From positions 2 through 64,001 of the forward strand of contig JAZNXL010000055.1 in NCBI GenBank assembly GCA_045593905.1: DNA of 64,000 nt. Reading direction: 5' to 3'. This document shows positions 29,844 through 37,704 of this stretch, in pieces. Within the stretch, counting starts at the first letter, position 1. Every line of letters starts with the position of its first letter. Below the pieces are notes generated by a model. That model saw nothing but the letters and a program-made list of their open reading frames with translations, was not told where the DNA came from and did no database searches. Source of the stretch: Eubacteriales bacterium (GTDB lineage Bacteria > Bacillota > Clostridia > Oscillospirales > QAKW01). Position numbers and translations under genes: made by a program.

Positions 29844-31763
29844 ATGGAAAATATTGATAATATGGCAAAAAACAGCTTAAAAGCGCTGTCATATGATACT
29901 GTTTCACACAAAGAACAATCAAAATTAAAGCGTGAAATAATAAGCGGGACCGCTGCACTTTGCTGCGTTGCAGTTGGGCTTTTATACTCGCTTATTTTCC
30001 CGTCGCAGCAAACAATACCTGCGCTATTTTACACGGTTGCATTTTTGATTGAGGGTATACCTGTTTTTGTTGCCGCAGTAAAAGGTGTTTTTTCTGACCA
30101 ACTTAAAAACGCAATGGAAATGCTTGTTTCAATAGCAATTATTGCTTGCTATTTAAGCGGACAGCTTATTCTTTCTGCTCTTATTCCGTTTATTTTGAAT
30201 GTTGCGCACTTTTTAGAAGAACGCAGTATTATGGGCGGCAGGGAAGTTATTGACGGCCTTAAAAAGATGCAGCAAGATACCGCTATACTGTATGAAAACG
30301 GTACTGAGCGTGAGGTTGATGCTAAAACCCTAAAGGTCGGTCAGCAAATTATTGTAAAACCCGGCAGCGTTATTGCAATTGACGGTGTAGTGGTATCAGG
30401 CAGCAGCTATGTTGACCAAAAATCACTTACAGGCGAGCCTCAACCGGAGTTTGTAACAACTAACAGCAATGTATATGCAGGCACTCTTAACCTTGACGGT
30501 AAAATTATTATCGAGGTTAAAAAAGAGTATGTTGACACATCGTTTTCAAAGATACTTAAGCTTTTAGAAGAGTCTGAAAACATCGCAATACCAGAAACGC
30601 GAATTATTGACAGGTTTATGTGTTACTATATTCCGCTTATTCTTGCGATTGCAGGTGCTGTTGCGCTTGTGACAATGGATATTAACAAAGCAATAGCAAT
30701 ACTTGTTGTTTCTTGTCCGTGCGGTCAAATGCTTACAAGCTCTGCACCGATGATTGCAGCTTTGTCGGTTGCCACAAAACGCGGAATACTCATAAAAAAC
30801 TCAAAGTTTATTGAAGAATTGACTGAGGTTGATACCGTTGTTTTTGATAAGACAGGTACAATTACAAAGGGTGACTTGACTTTATCGAATATTATAACCT
30901 GCAACGGCTTTGAGGCAAGTGATGTTGTAAAATATGCGGCATCAGTAGCTGTTGCATCAAACCACCCTGTATCACGCGCCCTCGTTTCGTCATGTGAAAA
31001 ATCTGATATTGATTTAAACTTTAGCGTCAAAGAAATATCAGGTAAGGGTATGCAAGGACAAAAAGGCAATACCGTTGTTTTATTTGGTAACCTTGATTGG
31101 TTTAAAGAAAAGGGCATTGAAATTCCAAACGACATTTTGCCCGAGGCTTCCTCTTCGGTCAGCTTTGTTGCAAAAGACGGCGTATTGTTAGGTGCAGTAT
31201 CGTTTTTGGATACAGTTCGTGATGAAGCAAAAGAGGGAATTGACGCGCTTTATAAAATCGGCATCAACAAAACTGTTATGCTTACAGGTGATAGAGAGCA
31301 AATTGCAAAAAGTATTTGTGAGCAGGTTGGCATTAACGAATATAAGGCAAAGCTTTTGCCCGAGGATAAGCTTGAACAGTTAAAGCTTTTAAAACAAAAC
31401 TCGAATGTTTTAGCAGTTGGCGATGGCATAAACGACGCACTTGCGCTAAAAGAAGCGCAGGTTGGCGTTGCAATGGGTGCAATGGGTTCTGACCTTGCAA
31501 TTCAGTCGGCTGATATTGCACTTATGAACAATAATCTTACAAATATTCCGTATGTTATAAAACTCTCGCGTCTTACACGAAAAGTGATATACCAAAATTT
31601 AACTCTTTCAATTTTAATAAGTATTGCAATGATAACGCTTTCTGCTTTTGGTGTAATATCTGCTTTTGCAGGCTCGATTTTACATAATTTGGGCGCTTTT
31701 GCAGTGCTTATAAACAGTTCAAGAATCATAAAAAATCAAGGTAAGTTAAATGAAAATAATTGA
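29844..31763 (+). CDS. P1B-type (heavy-metal) cation-translocating P-type ATPase, lacking an N-terminal metal-binding domain
   Basis: LTGE, SCPC, FDKTGT, SNHP, MLTGD, GDGIND motifs. Confidence 0.93.
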   Translation: MENIDNMAKNSLKALSYDTVSHKEQSKLKREIISGTAALCCVAVGLLYSLIFPSQQTIPALFYTVAFLIEGIPVFVAAVKGVFSDQLKNAMEMLVSIAIIACYLSGQLILSALIPFILNVAHFLEERSIMGGREVIDGLKKMQQDTAILYENGTEREVDAKTLKVGQQIIVKPGSVIAIDGVVVSGSSYVDQKSLTGEPQPEFVTTNSNVYAGTLNLDGKIIIEVKKEYVDTSFSKILKLLEESENIAIPETRIIDRFMCYYIPLILAIAGAVALVTMDINKAIAILVVSCPCGQMLTSSAPMIAALSVATKRGILIKNSKFIEELTEVDTVVFDKTGTITKGDLTLSNIITCNGFEASDVVKYAASVAVASNHPVSRALVSSCEKSDIDLNFSVKEISGKGMQGQKGNTVVLFGNLDWFKEKGIEIPNDILPEASSSVSFVAKDGVLLGAVSFLDTVRDEAKEGIDALYKIGINKTVMLTGDREQIAKSICEQVGINEYKAKLLPEDKLEQLKLLKQNSNVLAVGDGINDALALKEAQVGVAMGAMGSDLAIQSADIALMNNNLTNIPYVIKLSRLTRKVIYQNLTLSILISIAMITLSAFGVISAFAGSILHNLGAFAVLINSSRIIKNQGKLNENN

Positions 31764-32628
31764 TATATTAAATTCTAAAAAGCTTTCACTTTCTTTCGAG
31801 GTGTTTCCGCCTAAAACTGAAACATCTTTTGAAAGTGTAAAACACGCTACCGAAGAAATCGCAAAGCTTTCGCCATCATTTATGAGCGTTACCTACGGTG
31901 CAGGCGGCGGTACAAGCAAATACACACTTGAAATTGCTAAAAACATTAAAAAAATGTATGGTGTTCCAACGCTTGCGCATCTTACCTGTGTTTCGTCTAC
32001 CAAAGACACCGTTTTACAAAAAATTAATGCTATCAAAGACGCGGGTATTGAAAATGTTATGGCTCTTCGCGGTGATATTCCTGATTACTTACAAAATTCT
32101 GACCGCAGTAATTGGGATTATAACTATGCAATTGACCTTGTTTTACAGTTGAAACAAGTAAATCCCGATTTTTGTATCGGAGGTGCGTGTTATCCCGAAA
32201 TCCACCCCGAAAGTGCAAACCAAAATGACGATATAAACCATTTAAAACAAAAGGTGGATGCGGGCTGCGATTTTTTAACAACCCAAATGTTTTTTGATAA
32301 CAATCTTTTATATAACTTTTTATATAAAATACGTGAAGCGGGTATAACTGTTCCTGTAATTCCGGGAATTATGCCTATCACCAATGCAAACCAAATTGAA
32401 AGAGCAATTAAGCTTTCGGGTTCGTTTATTCCTCAGCGTTTTAAAAGCCTTGTTGATAAATTTGGTAATAGCCCCGATGCTATGCATCAGGCAGGTATTG
32501 CGTATGCAACCGACCAAATAATAGACCTTTATGCTAATGGCATTACAAACGTTCACGTTTATTCAATGAACAAGCCTGAGGTTGCTATTAAAATACAACA
32601 AAATCTTTCGAATATTATTGAAAAATGA
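31750..32628 (+). CDS. metF: 5,10-methylenetetrahydrofolate reductase
   Basis: SFEVFPPK, SVTYGAGG, AHLTC, ALRGD, YPE.HPE, TQMFFDN, PGIMP. Confidence 0.96.
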   Translation: MKIIDILNSKKLSLSFEVFPPKTETSFESVKHATEEIAKLSPSFMSVTYGAGGGTSKYTLEIAKNIKKMYGVPTLAHLTCVSSTKDTVLQKINAIKDAGIENVMALRGDIPDYLQNSDRSNWDYNYAIDLVLQLKQVNPDFCIGGACYPEIHPESANQNDDINHLKQKVDAGCDFLTTQMFFDNNLLYNFLYKIREAGITVPVIPGIMPITNANQIERAIKLSGSFIPQRFKSLVDKFGNSPDAMHQAGIAYATDQIIDLYANGITNVHVYSMNKPEVAIKIQQNLSNIIEK

Positions 32629-33215
32629 GCGTTTTAGTACAAATAAAAACTTATAATGCACCACCTGTTTGCTATGATACGGTTTTACATTACGCACAGT
32701 GTAAAAACAACGATTCACAAATGCAAACACTAATTGATGAGTGTCTTGCTGAACTTGAAAACAAGCTCACATTTAAGGTTTGCTTTGTTGAGATGCCAGT
32801 TAAAATAACAGGTGATAAGTGTGATTTTGATTTGTTTTTTGTAAACTCAAAAGACCTTGCTAAAAACCTTGCCGGTTGCAAAGGTGTAATTATGTTTGCT
32901 GCTACTATAGGCGTTGCACCTGATAGACTTATAGCAAAATACGGACGTATTTCTCCGTCAAAATCACTTATAATGCAAGCAATCGGCACTGAACGAATTG
33001 AGTCGCTTTGCAATATGTTTCAAAACGATATTGCAAAAGAGTTCATCACATCAAATCGTCCTCGTTTTAGTGTTGGTTACGGTGATTTACATCTTAACAC
33101 TCAAAAAGATATTTTTAATATTTTAGACTGTTCAAAAAATATTGGTGTAACACTAAACGATAGTCTTATTATGTCGCCGTCAAAATCAGTAACGGCTTTT
33201 ATAGGAGTTTTATGA
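32625..33215 (+). CDS. Stand-alone B12-dependent methionine synthase activation (SAM-binding) domain
   Basis: FAATIG, RFSVGYGD, IGVTL...MSPSKSVTAFIG; lies between metF and metH. Confidence 0.85.
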   Translation: MSVLVQIKTYNAPPVCYDTVLHYAQCKNNDSQMQTLIDECLAELENKLTFKVCFVEMPVKITGDKCDFDLFFVNSKDLAKNLAGCKGVIMFAATIGVAPDRLIAKYGRISPSKSLIMQAIGTERIESLCNMFQNDIAKEFITSNRPRFSVGYGDLHLNTQKDIFNILDCSKNIGVTLNDSLIMSPSKSVTAFIGVL

Positions 33216-35599
33216 ATTTTAAAGAGTTTTTACAAAACAATATTGTCTATTTAGATGGCGGTATGGGTACGCTTTTGCAAAGCGCAGGTCTTAAGCCCGG
33301 CGAAAAGCCTGAACTTTGGAATATCGCCAACCCTGATGCTATTGTTAAAATACATAAAGACTATTTTGATGCCGGAAGCAACGTTGTATCTACCAATACT
33401 TTTGGCGCAAATATTTTAAAATTTGACCAAGACCAGCTTGACCAAATTGTTAAATGCGCAGTTGCTAACGCAAAAACTGCAAGGGATAGTTCAAAAAATC
33501 AGGCGCCAAAATTTATAGCTCTTGATATAGGTCCTACAGGTAAACTTTTAAAACCTTTGGGTGACCTTGATTTTGAAGACGCGGTAAGCGTTTTTTCAAA
33601 GACGGTTAAGCTCGGTGTAAAATACGGTGTTGACCTTATAATTATTGAAACAATGAACGATTGCTATGAAACAAAAGCGGCTGTGCTTGCGGCAAAAGAA
33701 AATAGCAATCTCCCAATAATTGTGACTAACGCGTATGGCGAGGACAAAAAGCTTATGACGGGTGCCACACCGCTTTCTATGGTTGCAATGCTTGAGGGTC
33801 TTGGTGTTGACGCAATAGGTGCAAACTGTTCGCTTGGTCCAAAACAGCTTTCGGGTGTTATTAAAGAACTGCTTAAATATGCATCAGTACCTGTTGTTTT
33901 AAAACCCAATGCAGGTCTTCCAAGAGTAGAAAGCGGCAAGACGGTTTACGATGTTGACGCCTATGAATTTTCAAAAGAAATTTTTACACTTGTTGAGCAG
34001 GGTGTTCGTGTTGTCGGCGGTTGTTGCGGTACAACTCCTGAATATATTAAAGCTTTGTTTGAAACAACAAGCTGTTTGTCGCCTAAACCAATTACTCACA
34101 AAAACGATACTGTTGTCAGTTCATATACCCACGCAGTAACCTTTGAAAAACCTGTTCTTATAGGCGAAAGAATTAACCCTACAGGTAAAAAACGCTTTAA
34201 ACAAGCGCTTTTAGAAAACGATATTGACTATATTTTATCAGAAGGTGTCAGCCAACAAGAAAAAGGTGTTCATTTGCTTGATGTAAATGTCGGTCTGCCT
34301 GATATTGACGAGGCAAATATGCTTGTGTCTACTGTAAAAGAATTACAGGCTGTTGTTGATTTGCCGCTTCAAATTGATACTGCTGACACAGTTGCTATGG
34401 AAAAGGCTTTGCGTGTATATAACGGCAAGGCTATGATTAACTCGGTAAACGGCAAAAAAGAAAGTATGTCGGCTATATTCCCACTTGTTAAAAAATACGG
34501 CGGCGTAGTTGTGGCTCTCACTCTCGACGAAAACGGCATATCCGAAACTTTTGAAAAAAGGGTAGCAATTGCTAAAAATATTCTAAAAACTGCAAATCAA
34601 TACGGAATTGATAAAAAAGATATTGTATTCGACCCGCTTGCAATGACTATTAGTGCCGATAACAATGCGGCGGTTACCACCTTAAATGCACTTAAAGTTA
34701 TTAAAAACGAACTTGAATGTCATACTGTTTTAGGCGTTTCAAATGTATCGTTTGGTCTTCCTTGCCGCGATGTTGTTAACAGCACGTTTTTTGCACTTGC
34801 TCTACAAAATGGGCTTTCAGCGGCAATTATGAATCCGTTTTCGGTTGAAATGCAAAAAGCTTACTACTCTTTTTGTGCTCTTAGCGGACAAGATTTAAAC
34901 TGTCAATGCTATATAGACGCAAGTAGTGAGTTTGCTATCGAGCCTGTTGCTTGTCAGAACGCTAAACAAAACCAGTTGCAGTATTCATCAGACCTTCAAT
35001 ACTCTATCATTAAAGGTCTTAAAGATAAGGCGTGTGAAATAACAAAACAACTTTTAACAACAGATGCGCCTCTTGATGTTGTAAATAACCATATAATTCC
35101 TGCTCTTGATACTGTAGGAATTGGTTTTGAAAATAAAACGGTATATCTTCCGCAGCTGCTTATGAGCGCCGAGGCTGCAAAGTCGGCTTTTGAAGTTATC
35201 AAGTCGTCAATGCTACCTCTTGAAAGCCAACAAGACGGACCTTGTATGATTCTTGCAACAGTAAAAGGCGATGTACACGATATCGGCAAAAATATTGTAA
35301 AGCTTTTACTTGAAAACTACGGTGTTAAAGTAATAGACCTTGGAAAAGACGTTGAGCCTCAAATTGTTGTTGATAAAGCAATTGAATACAATGCCGCTTT
35401 TGTTGGATTGAGCGCGCTTATGACAACAACGGTTCCTTCAATGGAGCAAACAATCAGACTTTTAAATAAACAAATGCCGAGCTGTAAAACAATTGTTGGC
35501 GGTGCGGTGCTCACAAAAGAGTATGCAGAAAGAATCGGTGCCGATAAATATTGCAAAGATGCCATGGAATGTGTACATTTTATTAAAAATATTGATTGA
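33212..35599 (+). CDS. metH: Cobalamin-dependent methionine synthase (Hcy, pterin and B12 domains; no activation domain)
   Basis: LDGGMGT, GANC, GGCCGT, IGERINPTG, GDVHDIGKNIV, LSALMTTT. Confidence 0.95.
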   Translation: MNFKEFLQNNIVYLDGGMGTLLQSAGLKPGEKPELWNIANPDAIVKIHKDYFDAGSNVVSTNTFGANILKFDQDQLDQIVKCAVANAKTARDSSKNQAPKFIALDIGPTGKLLKPLGDLDFEDAVSVFSKTVKLGVKYGVDLIIIETMNDCYETKAAVLAAKENSNLPIIVTNAYGEDKKLMTGATPLSMVAMLEGLGVDAIGANCSLGPKQLSGVIKELLKYASVPVVLKPNAGLPRVESGKTVYDVDAYEFSKEIFTLVEQGVRVVGGCCGTTPEYIKALFETTSCLSPKPITHKNDTVVSSYTHAVTFEKPVLIGERINPTGKKRFKQALLENDIDYILSEGVSQQEKGVHLLDVNVGLPDIDEANMLVSTVKELQAVVDLPLQIDTADTVAMEKALRVYNGKAMINSVNGKKESMSAIFPLVKKYGGVVVALTLDENGISETFEKRVAIAKNILKTANQYGIDKKDIVFDPLAMTISADNNAAVTTLNALKVIKNELECHTVLGVSNVSFGLPCRDVVNSTFFALALQNGLSAAIMNPFSVEMQKAYYSFCALSGQDLNCQCYIDASSEFAIEPVACQNAKQNQLQYSSDLQYSIIKGLKDKACEITKQLLTTDAPLDVVNNHIIPALDTVGIGFENKTVYLPQLLMSAEAAKSAFEVIKSSMLPLESQQDGPCMILATVKGDVHDIGKNIVKLLLENYGVKVIDLGKDVEPQIVVDKAIEYNAAFVGLSALMTTTVPSMEQTIRLLNKQMPSCKTIVGGAVLTKEYAERIGADKYCKDAMECVHFIKNID

Positions 35600-35663
35600 T
35601 TTTGCCGATTATATGTGATAGTATTATAATGTCATTATATTTTTTTATTCGAAGGAGGCTAAA

Positions 35664-36605
35664 ATGAAAGTTACAATCATTGGTGCCGGTGCCGTTGGTG
35701 CTGCAGCAGCATACTCAATACTAACACGCAGCGCTGCAAGTGAGGTTGTTTTAATTGATGTTAATATGGATAAAGCCCTTGGCGAGGCTCTTGATATTAA
35801 ACAAGCAACACCATTTTTAGAGAACTGCGATATTTACGCAGGTGATTATGAAGATGCAGTAGATTCTGACTTTGTTATTATCACATCAGGTACAGGCAGA
35901 AAACCCGGTCAAACAAGGCTTGACCTTGTAAATACTAATATTCGTATAATTGAGAGCATTTCTAAAAAAATTGTACGATATGCCCCAAATGCTCTATATG
36001 TTTTGGTGGCTAACCCTGTTGACGTGTTAACTTATGCGTTCTTAAAATTTACAGGTCTTCCTAAAAATCAAGTTTTTGGTACAGGTACAGTTCTTGATAC
36101 CATTAGACTCAGAACAAGACTTGCCGAAATTTACGGAATTAATAAGCAACAGGTTCACGCTCACGTTTTAGGTGAGCACGGCGACAGTTCGTTTGTTGCC
36201 TGGTCACAGGCAAGAATAGCAGGTGTTCCTCTTCTTGACTATACAAGTTCGGTTGTAAACCCTGTCAATATTCCTACTGAGTATAAGTTTGATGAGATTG
36301 AAACTTATGTTAAAAAATCAGGTGGTAAAATTATTGCAAGGAAGGGCTGTACTGTTTACGGTATTGCTACATCTTGTATGCATATTGTAAAAACAATTTC
36401 GGGTAACGCACTCACTGCAATGACTGTTTCTTCACTCCATGAGGGTGAATACGGTGTTAAAGATGTTTGCTTAAGTTCTCTTTCGCTTGTCGGCCATGAT
36501 GGTGTTAGGTCTATCATTACCCAGCCGTTATCAGACGACGAAATAAGAAAAATGCATCAATCAGCTGAGGCACTCAAATCAATTATTAAATCGGTTGGTT
36601 TATAA
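35664..36605 (+). CDS. ldh: L-lactate dehydrogenase
   Basis: GAGAVG, RKPGQTRLDL, NPVD, GTVLDT.R, GEHGDS. Confidence 0.88.
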   Translation: MKVTIIGAGAVGAAAAYSILTRSAASEVVLIDVNMDKALGEALDIKQATPFLENCDIYAGDYEDAVDSDFVIITSGTGRKPGQTRLDLVNTNIRIIESISKKIVRYAPNALYVLVANPVDVLTYAFLKFTGLPKNQVFGTGTVLDTIRLRTRLAEIYGINKQQVHAHVLGEHGDSSFVAWSQARIAGVPLLDYTSSVVNPVNIPTEYKFDEIETYVKKSGGKIIARKGCTVYGIATSCMHIVKTISGNALTAMTVSSLHEGEYGVKDVCLSSLSLVGHDGVRSIITQPLSDDEIRKMHQSAEALKSIIKSVGL

Positions 36606-36611
36606 TTACAT

Positions 36612-36648
36612 AAAAAAGACAAGGCTTTTTGCCTTGTCTTTATTTTTT
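36612..36648. terminator. Bidirectional terminator (ldh, and probably the original tRNA-Pro terminator)
   Basis: aaagacaaggc-ttttt-gccttgtcttt. Confidence 0.8.
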
Positions 36649-36711
36649 ATGGTCGGAGTAGCGTTATAGTAATCAAGCGAAAAACGCGCATAAATACTGG
36701 GTTTTTCGCAA

Positions 36712-37704
36712 CTATAAAGATAGAACATCTCCTAAACAAATATAAGTATGTATGATACACTGCATAGCATCATCTTTAGAAATCTCATTATGAACACCTT
36801 TGCATTGCAAATTAATTAGATTGTCCATCCTATCAATTAAGTAAATTATGCTACTTCCGACTAAGCATTTATTTGTCGATTTATCTTGTAATTTTTCAAT
36901 TACTGCTGATAACTTGTTTTTGTAATGTTCACCACTCACATCGATTTCTTTGCCTGATTTTGTTTTATACATTTTTCCTTTATAGTTAGGGAAATGAATT
37001 TTAAACAATTCATCTGCAACATCCTCAAACAATCTGCGACAAGTAGTAAGAGCTTGTGAATACAGTTCGGGATTATCCGAGTTGATTTTATCATCAATAG
37101 CACGAAGTTTGGATGTGATTTCGGTTGGGAATTTAGAAAAGTAATTATCAACTTTTTCACGATAAATTGAAAAAACATCTGCTGTTGTATTGCTAAACGA
37201 TAGTTCAATGTGCTTTTTTGAAACATAATCATAATACTGTGCTCTTAACAAAGAAAGCTTTCTTTCGTCTTCTGTTATATCTTTTAATAACACTTCTGTC
37301 GACTCTGAAACGCTTCTTGTTAGCGCACCCATAGCAACCAATGCATAGTCCCCCGATACTGACGCACCGCTCATACTAAAATTTTTCAAAGCATCTTTTC
37401 GTGAAGAAATTCGCCCTTCTAACGTGGAGGATAATTGGGTAAATATTACTTTCTTCTTTTCTTTGTCATAACTGCCACGACCATGCTTCCAACCAACTTT
37501 CCAAGCATTAGCAAATATAAACCCATTTTCATCTTCTGGATAACCGCTATTTTCGTATTGGAGCCACGTAATAGCATCTTCATCGTTTGTTAATCTTGCA
37601 ACACGCAAACACATCATAAGCATTGAAGATGTACTCATCGTTCCAAGTTCAACCCCTGTTAGTATTTTTTCACATGTTTCAAGAGCTTGTTCAAATTTTG
37701 TCAT
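36712..37704 (-). CDS. AbiTii-domain-like protein (putative abortive-infection/defence effector)
   Basis: N-terminus SSMLMMCLRVARLTNDEDAITWLQYENSGYP resembles the AbiTii pattern; helical C-terminus with ALTTCRRLFE..AD and CKGVH (HEPN-like). Confidence 0.65.
   Translation of the reverse strand: MTKFEQALETCEKILTGVELGTMSTSSMLMMCLRVARLTNDEDAITWLQYENSGYPEDENGFIFANAWKVGWKHGRGSYDKEKKKVIFTQLSSTLEGRISSRKDALKNFSMSGASVSGDYALVAMGALTRSVSESTEVLLKDITEDERKLSLLRAQYYDYVSKKHIELSFSNTTADVFSIYREKVDNYFSKFPTEITSKLRAIDDKINSDNPELYSQALTTCRRLFEDVADELFKIHFPNYKGKMYKTKSGKEIDVSGEHYKNKLSAVIEKLQDKSTNKCLVGSSIIYLIDRMDNLINLQCKGVHNEISKDDAMQCIIHTYICLGDVLSL

Noticed and set aside
32625-35599. metH lacking its C-terminal domain as a possible pseudogene
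   Set aside because: The activation domain is encoded by the adjacent upstream ORF. Split MetH is a known, functional arrangement.
36684-36711. acgcgcataa-atactg resembling the XerC arm of a dif site
   Set aside because: There is no XerD-type TTATGTTAAA arm; the match is half-site only.
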